NCBI RefSeq assembly: GCF_001194135.2
Contig: NC_068994.1
Span: 17,916,558 to 17,980,557, forward strand
DNA length: 64,000 nt
Source: Octopus bimaculoides
Taxonomy: Eukaryota
Direction of reading: 5' to 3'
Shown: positions 11,778 through 23,544 of the stretch, piece after piece
Layout: each line of letters begins with the position of its first letter
How positions within the stretch are numbered: position 1 is the first letter of the stretch
The notes under the pieces: model-generated
The model's input: only the letters and a program-made list of their open reading frames with translations
What the model was told of the DNA's origin: nothing
The model's database searches: none
Made by a program: the position numbers and the translations under genes

Positions 11778-12243
11778 GTGACACAGATATTTGGATATAC
11801 CTTCCAACCTTCATCAGGTGTCTTGGGGAAATTTCGAACTTGGGTTCTCATTCCTAAGGTATTTTTCGATGTTATAATAATAATAATGATTATTATTATT
11901 ATTATTATTCAGGTCAGTGCCTGGAATTAAACTCTGAATCTTGGGATTAGTAGCCCGTGCTTTTAACCACTACGCCATATGTCTGTGGCGTAGTGGTTAA
12001 GAACGCGGGCTACTAACCCCAAGATTCCGAGTTTGATTCCAAGCAGTGACCAGAATAATAATAACAATAATAACATTGAAAAAATACCTTAGGAATGAGA
12101 ACCTAGGTTCGAAATTTCCCCAAGACACCTGACGAAGGCTGGAGGGTATATCAGCCGAAACGTGTTAACTACAAACAAGATGAGGACAAATATCCGTCAA
12201 ATGTAAATAATGTACATAATTCCTCATCTCTTAAATATAGAAC
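11778..12243. mobile_element. Palindromic non-autonomous element: two divergent tRNA-like heads, each followed by a hammerhead motif
   Basis: Arms 11780-11977 and 11986-12166 are inverted repeats. Each has A-box TGGCGTAGTGG, loop CTACTAA, a degenerate B-box (GTTTGATTCC right, GTTTAATTCC left), an (AAT)n spacer, then gacac-CTGAYGA. Confidence 0.75.
12124..12166 (+). ncRNA. Minimal hammerhead motif, near-intact
   Basis: gacac-CTGACGA-A-GGCTG(gagggtatat)CAGCC-GAAAC-gtgtt. Stem II is perfect and gacac/gtgtt forms stem I, but no separate GUH triplet lies between GAAAC and stem I. Confidence 0.6.
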
Positions 12244-13599
12244 TTTTGACCGTTTTATTTCACCTATAAAAGTATCAATGTTCTCAGATATAATTAGATA
12301 TAATCAAATTACTTGATCCAAAATTTTCCTTGCTTTACATTTCACTATGATTTCTTCACCAATCAACACACAACACTTAACTCCTCAGGAATCATTCATT
12401 TGTATAACTTATATATATCAGTGCAGTCTTTTTTACTCTTGCATGCATCAACCAATTTACTGATATGGAATCACTTATAATCACCATCATCATCATCACT
12501 TGCATCAGATATAATGTCCACTTTTCCATGCTTGTATGGGTCAGACAGAGTTTACTGAGGCAGATTTTCTACAACTGGATGCCCTTCCTGTCACTAACCC
12601 TCACCTTTTCCCAAGCAAGATAATACATGTTTTTGTAGAACACTGAAAAGGAAAGACACTGCTTGTATGACAGTGAGAATCATTTTACAACTATCATGCA
12701 ATTTAAGGCAAGGAGACCCCCACCCATGTGTGTGTGTGTATGTATGTATGTGTGTACTATAGCAGAAAACAAAGTACCACACAGTGGAACTGAGTCTGAA
12801 GCCATTTAGTTTGGAAGCAAACTTCAACCACACAGCCATATCCACACTATAAAATTTATAAAATGAAATTAATTTTCCAAAGTTATAAACAAGTTTCTTT
12901 CTACTCTTGGAAAAATACACTTTTTTTACGTGTGTTCTGAGAGAAAACAATGCTTCTAGACTCAGTGTTTCTTTGTTATAAACTAAACTGTTAACCAAAG
13001 TTAAACTAACTTTCTACATATGCAAATATTTGACTTTCACACATCAGCCATTGTAAGGTACATAGCTCTAGCTGACTTGTCTTAAGAAAAATTAAAGTTG
13101 GTAGAGGGAATTAATCTTTGCTAGATGAATAATAAATTGGTTGATTAAAAAAAAAGGTTTCGGTATCAGTTATATGAACTGATGATTATATCCTCACTCC
13201 AACATAAAATTGGCTTTATACTATGTCAAAATATATCATTACTGTACTTAGTATAGGAAACTGTGCTGGCAGAAATGTCATCCTTACACATTTTGACATC
13301 AAATTCCCTCTGCATTCAATGTTGCTTCTTAGAGTTTGTTTTAAAATGAGTATCAGTTGTATTTTGAGAATTATCCAACTCACTTTCACCCTTCACTATG
13401 ATAATTGGTTTTCTTTCTAGTCAAAAGAAATGATTATTATATGAGTTTCTAACAAGGGACAACAACTGGCAAATAATAATTTTCATTTTCAAACAGCTTA
13501 TCAACTGTATTTCTATCACACTTCAGTTGTATCATGGACTAAATTTATAAAATAATGGACCAATATAATAACCAAACTAATGCTGTCTTGTTGTCTTAC

Positions 13600-13764
13600 C
13601 TTGAACATTCCTTGTTGGCTAATATTTTGGCCAGATCTGCAGGAGTATAACCATCTTTGTCCTTGCAATGGAGTTTTGCACCTAATCCTAAAAGATATTT
13701 CAAAATTTCCACATGATTTTTTTGCGCAGCTCTGTGAAGTGCTGTAGTGCCGTCTTTATTTGAA
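13600..13764 (-). CDS. ANKRD53: ANKRD53-like ankyrin exon 3
   Basis: tttcag|T...AG|gtaag. 165 nt, phase 2/2: SNKDGTTALHRAAQKNHVEILKYLLGLGAKLHCKDKDGYTPADLAKILANKECS, a clear ankyrin repeat. Confidence 0.9.
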
Positions 13765-14912
13765 CTGAAACAAGGGAAGAAAAAAAATTACTTTACATAA
13801 AGATGCAAGCATGACAGTGGGGTTAAAAAGTTTGCTTTGCAACCAACTGGTTCTGAGTTCAATCCCACATTACATAGGAAAATATAAGAAAGAAAAGATG
13901 AAGGAGAGAGAGGTGAGAGATGGATGGGCAAGACTTGAAGAAAATGAAGTGCAGAGTTGTAGGAGGAGGGCCAAAGATCAAGGGATGATATTCAATTAGC
14001 AGAGGGAGACAATACGAGATAAAAAAGTCACAGAGGGTGGAGGAATTGTGAGTGTAGCAAGAGCAGGGCAGAAAAGAGAGGCTGGAGGGTACAAGAGAGG
14101 TAGTGGAGGAGAGCAGAGTGTGAATATAGTGAAAGTATTCCTGGTAGGGAGGCTGTGAAGGGGTCAATGAAAAACAATGTGCGTGTGTGTGTGTGTTTGA
14201 GAGAGAGAGAATATGAATTGCACATGCTCATAATTTGATGGAAATTACGTTGGTCAAACAGGATATAAATTAATAGATTGGGTTAGGGTACATAAGCAAC
14301 AAATTTAAGATTTATCTCTTATAAATGTTTCATTTACACATTTGTACAAATGGAAAATTCAAAATATTCCCATTTTCAAAATAAAAGAAGAAAATTACCA
14401 ACTCTGAAAGGCAAAAGAATGCTTTATAAGAATTCTAAATCCAAAACTAAACTAGAAATAGTCAAAACTTCTACTAAAAACAATTTCCTCTATACAGATT
14501 ACCCATAAAACATTTGAAAAGCTGTAAACAATGAAACTGCTCACAGAATACAAAAACTCCCTTCCAAAAGATAGTGTCATTTTTTTAAAGATTTTTTTGT
14601 TATATAACTAATAATTTTTGGTTAAAGAAAATCTTTTTATGAATAGTGGAACTGTATCAGGAAATCTCTCTAATAGCTTTTTTAAATATGTCATGTCTAC
14701 AGGAGATGTGAGTTTGAATCCACTGGAAGCATTTGATTTTTACTATCCAAAGGGTTTTTCAACCCCAAATCTTTTAAGGTTTTGTTTATAGAGAGCCAAA
14801 GAATTATTCCATGCTCTCTTGACAGTTGATAAATTCTTATGACATCAACAATATATATAACATATATGTGTGTATGTATCTGTGTGTATGTGTGTATGTA
14901 TTTGAGTGCACA

Positions 14913-14999
14913 GGCCAACAGGTTTTGGGGTCTGATGATAACACCGTAAAGCTAAACCCTTTATGGATGGGAAACCCAGGGTAATCCCATAAACTGGCC
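14913..14999 (+). ncRNA. Type I hammerhead ribozyme with intact core
   Basis: Stem I 5' ggcca..gttttggggt; CTGATGA 14932-14938; stem II ccgtaaag/ctttatgg; GAAA 14971-14974; stem III ACC(cag)GGT; GTA cleavage triplet 14981-14983; stem I 3' atcccataaactggcc. Confidence 0.75.
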
Positions 15000-15094
15000 T
15001 TCCTCATTAATATATATATATATATGTTAAATAAGATGAGAGAACTAAGCTAAAACTGTGTGGAATTTTCAGGACATTTATAAAGAGAAAGTTA

Positions 15095-15142
15095 GTCTTA
15101 CAGCTGTTTCTGGGATATTAGGGACATCATTTTTTCAGAAAC
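15095..15142 (-). ncRNA. Minimal hammerhead motif, decayed
   Basis: Minus strand: gttt-CTGAAAA-aatgat..atccca-GAAAC-AGCT-GTA-agac. Stem I gttt/agac pairs, G8 is changed to A and stem II is weakened. Confidence 0.45.
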
Positions 15143-15411
15143 GATGTGAGATGGTTAAATAGAGGGAGATATTAGAGTTCAATATGAGGAGTTATTTTGG
15201 AAAAGAAACAAATAAGGAGTACATAGGGAAAAAGGAAATTGAATATAGAAATAAAAATAAAAATGTATAAAGATGTTATAGTTGCAGTTCCATTATCCAA
15301 GGAATATATAGGTATAAATAACATTCTTCTGATGTATTCTATAGGTATAAATATATGTATGTCTGTGTGTATATATCTGTATATAGATAGATATGTATGT
15401 ATTAATATATC

Positions 15412-15483
<72 letters not shown>

Positions 15484-17999
15484 NNNNNNNNNNATATGTA
15501 CATATATCTGTGTGTGTGCATGTATATATATATATATATATATATATGAATGAGTGTGTACATTTACAGTCATAAGCACATATGAGTTAGTATGTATGCA
15601 TATATTTATACTGCTACACATATCCACAAAGCACACACACACAACACACACACAGACAAGCCTACAAGTGCTTTACAAAAGTATTTTGAAAAATGATAAC
15701 TAGTTTTTGTAGGAGTTTCAAGTTTCTCATTTCCAGATAGCATCCACCTGGAGTATGATCTATCCATAAATCTCCACATGCATCATTAATTTTTATCTGT
15801 CCCAACATCCTATGTTAACATATTTTTATCCTCTGCCTAAAATGAGTAATATTTTTCTTTGTGTTGTTAATAAAGTTAAAAAGTTAGTCTCGCTGTTTGA
15901 ACCCTGAAAAAAAAATGCAAGAAGCCAGTATTTTTTATACCAGGAGAGACAGGGAAACACTTCTTTTGTTTATTTTCTTTTTCATTAGGAGCAATTTGAT
16001 AGTAGTTCAATTTGATATTAGTTTATTTGTTTTTGCTTATTTATATATTTTTTTCTCTGTTAACATTTTTTTCTTTCTGTTTGCTTTTTTGTACTGTTTC
16101 AAGACCGGAGTATTTGTAATTTTCTCCAACAGGGGAAATATTTGCATAGCAATTGATGCTTTGGAAGCTAAAACTGGCCACTAGCCTAAAAGTTCATTGT
16201 AATTCAGCAAACAGTCTTCTTAATTTATGAATGAGAAGCAAAAGAAGGAGCCTTTATATGATTGCTTAACCACCAACTGAAGGGTCAGTAGTTGGTGCCC
16301 TGCCACTAGTCAAGATGTCTAATCCACAAATGGTCCAGTTCACTGAGATGCAAACAGGTGTCACCAGATAGAAATCATTCTGCTTGAAACCTCAGTAGAA
16401 GCAAAGCAAATTTGACAAGAGTTTCCTTAGTCTTTAATTATGAGTTTAACTCTTTGGGCAGTTTCACTAAAGATGGGCTCCACCAAGCTGACTTACTCTA
16501 GACATATTACTAGATATTTTACATACCAAAAGAAGTCTTCACTTGTTCCTCCACAAACCAAAGGATTATAAGTTATTACACAACTCATAAACAGATGAAT
16601 TGAAATAATGGACTAAACAGAACAAGAGGAGACACATGGGATAAAAAATAATTGAAGAAGTCACAGGATGTGTGATGAAAGAGCTTAGACAAAGAACACT
16701 AAAATAGTTATAATAATAAAGCTGAAGTGAAGACCAAGTTTATGGTGTGTGTCTTTAGTTGGCAAAAATATGACCATCCCGAAATAATATTTTTGTAGAT
16801 TAAAAAACAGGTTTTTTCCTGTTTTATTTTACTTTATTTTTTATGAGCCAGGATATTTGGAAAAGGAATACTTTTTTGATAATCTCTGAATAATATTTTA
16901 TGGATATATTGAAGTTAGAGCTATGTGGTAATGTCTTACAAGAGATTGCTTTATAGTTCTTTAGGTTAATGCATTTAGTGAGAAGATAAACATTAAACTG
17001 CTGTTTCTTTTTTACCTGATAGCAATCAAACTAAACACAAGTTACAAAGTATCTTTTTGGGCAACTGAAACATACCTGCCCACAAGTGTTAGTGCTGATA
17101 GTGAAACTAATCAAGAATGCAACAAGCTATAAATCACAAATGTCCCATCACTAAAAACATGGGGAAAAAAACATACCAAAACAAAAATAAAATAAAATTC
17201 TTGATTATATTACAGTAGTAAGCATTCTTTTCTCTTTTCTTTTTCTATCTTGCTGCCTGCTTGCTTTTCGTAAATGTCATTCCTGTTATTACTAAACAGG
17301 GTTATTATATTAGATGAATTTTCTTCCTTCCAGAAAGGAAAATATTTATAGTTATGGGAAAGAAAGAAATTATCTTGAAGTGCAAATACATTATGTATTT
17401 CATTTATATAGTTGTGTGAGTGTGTGTGTGTTTATGTTTGTACGAATTTGCACTTAAAAATATAAATATATATTTCAGTATGCATGGATGCCAAATTAAA
17501 AAAATAAAAATGAATTAAAAGAAAAGGATTGGATATATGTTTTGAAAGCAATAAATGCATTCTTCAGGGATTTGGAGTACTGTGGTAACAGAATCTACCA
17601 ATATACAAAAGGGGTAGGAACAGCTAGAAGCTATATGTATAAGAAAACCTAACAAATTAGTAATAAATTTGACTCTTCAGGAATATTGGTTTCAAATTTT
17701 GGCACAAGGTCAGCAATTTTAGGGGAGGGATAAGTCGATAACATTGAGCCTCCCCCCCCCCAGTCCTTAACTAGTACTTATTTTATCGATCCCAAAAGGA
17801 TGAAAGGCAAAGTCAACATTGGAAGAATTTGAATTCTGATTCTAAAGAAGACCAAATGCTGCTAAGCATTTTGCCCAATGTGTTAACGATTCTGCCAGCT
17901 TGCTGCCATACTCTTCAGGAATATTGATTTATCTTGTGAGGGTGCAAGGCTTGTATGGAAGTAAGAACATAAATGTGTATAAGATACGTCTAAACAAAA

Positions 18000-18530
18000 A
18001 CCAAACTTTTCAAAGAACAGGTGTATTGCTTTACATAGAATTTTATCAAACTGGTCTCCTTCAAAATAGTTCCCTCCATTCTTGATACTGATTCCAACAT
18101 TTTTTCTAGTTATGGAATGCATCCTCAAATACATTTTCATGAGTAGTGTACCGTTTTTGAAGCAAACTTTCTTTGAAGTTTACTATTTGCTGAAACTGGT
18201 GACCTGTCAGGTGGAATTTCATCTTTGGAAACCAAAAATATCTACAGGGGCCAAATCCAGAATTAAGACAGAAGGTTAACAAAACTTGTCGCATACTTTA
18301 CCATAAACGATACATATGTTTATCACATGAGTAGGTGCATTATCATGGTGCAATATCCAGATTATGCTAGTTGAAGCCACAGACCTCTTTCTCAGCATTA
18401 TTTCTCTCAAATACCCGAGGACAGCCAAGTAAAACACTTTATTGATCGTTTGATTATGTTGGACAAACCCATCATGAACAATACCCTTCTAATCAAACAA
18501 GACATCCAACATCATCTTCATATTTGAGCA
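18000..18530 (-). mobile_element. Degenerate mariner transposase fragment
   Basis: Minus-strand motifs KGIVHDGFV, WILHHDNAPTH, FWFPKMK and GGNYFEGD, with frameshifts. Confidence 0.85.
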
Positions 18531-19649
18531 ACACTGATGGTTGCAATAATGAGGATCCAACTAACATAACCATTCATTTCAACAATGTAGCCATACAAGC
18601 ACATTTCACCTATTGAGTCACTTTCTAGAGAGTTATCATCACCATTTAATGTCCATCTTCCATCTTCCATGCATACATGGGTAGGATGGTTGACAGGGGC
18701 TGGCCAGGTAGAAAATCTACCCGAGACTACTTTGTCTGTTTTGGCAGGGATTTTATGGCTGGGTGCCCTTTCTAACACCAAACACTCTGCAGAGTATGTA
18801 CAGAGTGAAGGCAAGGGTAGGTTGTGTTTATTCTTCTTATTATGACTGAAGAATCTGATAGAAACTGTAGCAGTGATAGACAAGGCTGTGTTTTATTTAT
18901 TTATTTGTTTTTTTTTTGTTGTTGTTGTTCAAACCCAGATCAAACTTAAAAAAGAAAAGGTCTGATAAAACAAGGCAAAGCATTCCAATGCTGACCACCC
19001 AAGCATTCTACATGACAAAGGATTATAATATATCTGTTGGTTTTCACTAAGTCAGGTGTTGAGCAATCATCTTTTATAAAAAGCAATACAATTTAACAAT
19101 ATAAAGACAAAAAAATTGTATCAAGTTTATGTGTGTGACAGACAAACATTTGTAGAATGAAATAGAATGTGTATAGAATAAATAAAGCAATATATAAAGC
19201 TTAATTATAAAAGAAATTATTGTAAAAGAGGTTGGAGTGAAACTACATGTCATGCTACTTGAAACAGATACGTTTTCAAGGCATCTTTATGTAAATTGCT
19301 TATCTATTAATATAGAAGCTGAATCCTATTTCAAATGAAATCCTGTTCTCTTAGGTGCTAGCACTACACATTCTTCTAAATTGTTTGCATTTCAGACATT
19401 ATGTCCAACACAAAAGAAGCGGTTCTAAATAAACATGCAGGATTTAAAGATATGAGAATGGCTTGTGTTAAAGTAAACTGTATAATTCATAGCTAAGGTG
19501 TTCAAATCTTGCCATAATTCATTTGCTATTTATCTTATAATTATTTCTAGTGAGAGCAATTTACATGGGGTAACTTTATATTAAGGAGTGGAATGTACAA
19601 TTTCATATAATTCAGACCACTTCATGGCCCCAGTAGACAAAATGGAAAA

Positions 19650-19900
19650 GGTGTTGACCTGGAAGAGGGCAAGGGAGATGCACTGGAACCGCTACTATGA
19701 CTCATGGGGGTTCACACTTGCAGATAGTCATCTCTGCCTTGATAGCGGCAAACAGGAATATATATTGTCTCTGGGCCAAGAATGCTGGAGATCTCCACTG
19801 CCACAGGCTCAATGCTTAACCTGCCAGACAGTTTGCTTTTCTTAGCCTGATGAACAGCGGAGCCTGGGCTGGTAGATGAACACACCAAGTTGCCACTGAC
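19650..19900 (-). mobile_element. CRE-like RLE non-LTR retrotransposon C-terminal remnant
   Basis: PGSAVHQAKKSK..IEPVAVEISSILGPE, then in another frame EPHES**RFQCISLALFQVN. Resembles the recalled CRE motifs PVAVETxGxxGP and QRxSxAxQRGN. Confidence 0.6.
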
Positions 19901-21786
19901 TCCATGGAAGTCAATGAAACAAGCAATAGCAGTATAATGAAATGGACCACACTTATTGGAGAGTATTGTAGTTCGCTTGAAGCATTGTGTATTGTTTGTA
20001 AAGAATAAAAAGTTTAGAATGGTACAACAATGCACTATAAAACAAAAAATGGACTATATACCTGTTGTAATTTGGTTATTTATAGTCCAATGATATTTCA
20101 GAATTACAATTCCTTCTTCAGATCTTCTAAGCTGGAGTCTCTCAGCTAAGAAGATATGAAGAAGGAATTGTAATTCCAAAATATCATCGGACTATAGATA
20201 ACCAAATTACAACAGGTATATAGTCCATTTTTTTGTTTTATAGTGCATTGTTGTACCATTCTAAACTTTTTATTCTTTACAACACTTATTGTTTTGAAAC
20301 TGTGGGTCAAAGCTTTTAGATGCACATTTTGCACTGCAGTGAATGTCTGTAACTTAGACTTTTCTGATTTTGTTTGGGTCACAGAAGCTAGCAACTGCTT
20401 GGTCAACCCTGTATGATAAATATTTTCTGTGAGAAAAATGGCTGACATTATGATAAGAAACAATTACTACATACATGCAAAGATGAGGTGAACAAAAACT
20501 TAATGATGAAAAGTGCAAATGTTGGTGAGCAGTGAATAAGTCAATAAATTTGACCTCTATCAAGCTTCACATAATCAAGTTTATCAAGCCATTACTGAAA
20601 AATAAAACTGACTCAGTAATTTTGTATTTCTTTTTTTCTTATTTGATACACACATGCACACACAAAAAATTATAGTTTCACATACACACACACACACACA
20701 AATAGCCATGCATAAATAAAGTCAGTTTGCTTTGAATCACACTTGTGGAAAGAAACTGAATGAAGGTGCACAAAAGAATACAACTGCACATACTCTATGC
20801 AGCAGAAAAACATGTTGGTCATTTTGACTAACTAATTATGCTGAAATATTTAACTATTAAATTAAAAGAAAAATTTGAAGATGTACCAATTTCCATATTC
20901 TTTGTAATTGTTTTGGATGGATTGACAGGACCTGGCAAGCCAGAAGACTGCTCCAAGCTCCACTGTTTGTTCTGTCTGTTTTAGCATAGTTTTTACAGAT
21001 GGATACCCTTCCTAACACCTACCACTTTACAGAGTGGACTGGGTGACTTTGACATGGCACCAGCACTTGCAAGGTCTGTTTTTGCATGATTTTTACAGTT
21101 GGATGGCCTTCCTAATGCCAACCACTTTAGAGAGTGGGCTAGGTGCTTTTTACATGGCACCAATACTAGCAAGGTCTGCTTTGACATGTGAGTTATTTTA
21201 AATCACACTACATAAATATATAAACATACATACATATGGAAATAATTTTATTCTCAAATGCAGGATAATGCTAATAATATAGCATGAACAGGATAAACTA
21301 CCCATATTTTGCAGAAAAATGTGTCAGTGGTCAGCCATGAGACACGAACTCACATCATCATAATTTGAATTTAACTTACATACATACAACTGTTAAAAGC
21401 ATAGGAAAAATTGATTATAAAATATTTAATTACACCATCTTACATATATCTTATTAACAACGAATGATCACCAGTTATATAATGTTAAGTATAAGTTCAA
21501 ATTGAATTTTCATCTCTTCAGAGATCTGTAGCTTTCATGCGTAATTTTACTGGATCAGTGATAATTTTGCTAATATTGAATCAGTATTTACATAACTGAT
21601 AACCATTCTTTGTTAATGAAATGTGTGTAAGGTGGTGTAACTAAATATTTTATGAACAATCTCTCCTGTTTTATTTTGTTTTCTATGTTTTCTGAGCCAA
21701 AGCCAACTGTGGACTACAATATGAGTCCTCCTCACAGTTTCTGTTCAGTCATATGGAAATACACTTGGACTTTTAAATAATGATTA

Positions 21787-22273
21787 CACTGTGTAACAAA
21801 ATTATTATTTTTTTTTTCTTTGGTCAGTAAGTGTTATTTCCTATTTGCTTCTATTCAGAAATCAAAGGAATGGACTACTATCCCCTCCAAACCTTGTTTT
21901 TGCCACCTGGACATCAATGTTTTGAAACTAACCTATTTTCCATTACGTTTCAAACAGATTCAGCACCAAGTTGCTGAAGCAGAAATATTGTTATAGTAAA
22001 CATGCTGCTCAACCACAGATTTGCTTGTTAATTGCTTGACCTTAACCACTTGAGCGTTTCCCTTAGTGGCTGACAATATGTGCATCTCTGATCATGAATA
22101 GGAGTAGTGGGGAAGCATTGTAGCCATGTACTAAGAGGGATTCTTTGAGGGTATGAATAAATATAAGAAAAGCAAAGTTTGAAGGAAATATTAGCCATTT
22201 TTCATTCTTTTTAGGGGTAAGCAAATAGGAAATAACAGTTGCTACCCGAGGACAAAATTTGTGTTACACAGTG
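21787..22273. mobile_element. MITE with about 60-bp TIRs
   Basis: cactgtgtaacaaaa...gttatttcctatttgctt pairs with aagcaaataggaaataac...gttacacagtg. Contains a partial copy of the 24191-24723 repeat. Confidence 0.6.
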
Positions 22274-23184
22274 TTATTTGTCATGCAATTTATTTTAAAT
22301 TACACATGCACACACACACACTATTAATTTCATTAAGTGTGGAATAAATACGTGTCAAAGTTAGATTACCACAAAATTTCAACTCTACTGAACCAAATTG
22401 TAATGGTGAGTGAGAGCATAAACTTTCATGTAATGCCATATGAAAAGCATGCCAAACTAAGTAATCTATGGTGTACTGTGCAGGAGAAGTGCTAGAAATG
22501 GTTTTACTGAGACACTAATTGAAGACTGATACCAACCAGAAAGGCTTTCAGGAACTCACAGCTTTTTCTTAGATCTAGATTTCATAAAAAAGACAGGGTT
22601 ATTTTTGAAAATGGATTTCATTATCTATTTTGTTGACTAGGGTTTCTATAATTTCATTTTTAACACAAATGTTTTATCAGAATAAATTGTGTTATAACAA
22701 AACATAAGATAAGCACAATGTCTAGATTAGTGAAAATATGACATAAAAAGATATATATTTTAGATTAAAATTTCTTTTTCATTAGTTAGATACTTTAAAT
22801 TTATATCTTTTTTAAATTCTGTTTTCTCTAATTCAAAACAATACTTACTTTTTAAATTTATACCATCATTTAAAATCCACATGATTAAGAATAATTTTTG
22901 AACAATTTAAATTTAAATTCCATGAGATGTATGTTTCAAATATGATTAATCAAAGATGATTAATCTTGAATATTTAAATATTTAAATAGATTTTTAAAAT
23001 CAAGTTTGTATTTTATTATTTTTAAAAATTCATTTATGAAAGTTTTAGTAATTTCTTTACTGAAATAAAAAAAAAATTAGTTGAAAAAAGAAGGAAATGT
23101 ATTAGAGGTCCCATCAATATACTTCATGCTCTGTTCTCAAAGATTAAACATCTAAATAAATAAATAAATAAAGTGAAAACTAAC

Positions 23185-23384
23185 ATTGAAATGTCTGCTC
23201 CTCTTTCCAGTAAGTATTTGAAACAGTCCATAGACTTCTTTGCATTTGAATCGTTGACTGCAGCAAGAAGAGGTGTCCAGTCAGTAATTGATAGAACATC
23301 AACATTGCAACCATATTGCTCAATTAGGTATTCTAAACATTTAAGCTGTCCATGGAAAGCTGCTATGTGTACTGGAGTGAAACC
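23185..23384 (-). CDS. ANKRD53: ANKRD53-like ankyrin exon 2
   Basis: tttctag|GGT...AT|gttagt. 200 nt, phase 0/2: GFTPVHIAAFHGQLKCLEYLIEQYGCNVDVLSITDWTPLLAAVNDSNAKKSMDCFKYLLERGADIS, two ankyrin repeats. Confidence 0.9.
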
Positions 23385-23544
23385 CTAGAAATAAAATCGC
23401 AAAAAGTAATCTGAAGTACATTGAACTCTGAATGTAAAAGGGACATAACTCAATATATCACAAGTAGTGTTTTCCTACCACTGTGCTACTTTTGCTATAA
23501 ACAACTCTTTTGTCAACAACAAAAACAACAACATTCTGTTATAG

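Noticed and set aside
11984-12056. tRNA gene with ACT anticodon
   Set aside because: No acceptor stem, mutated B-box, and embedded in a repeat; treated as a SINE-type head.
15172-15651. Long ORFs in several frames
   Set aside because: Produced by (AT)n/(GT)n microsatellites and an N gap. The same applies to ORFs at 34025-34310, 40976-41797, 47177-47518 and 52560-53015.
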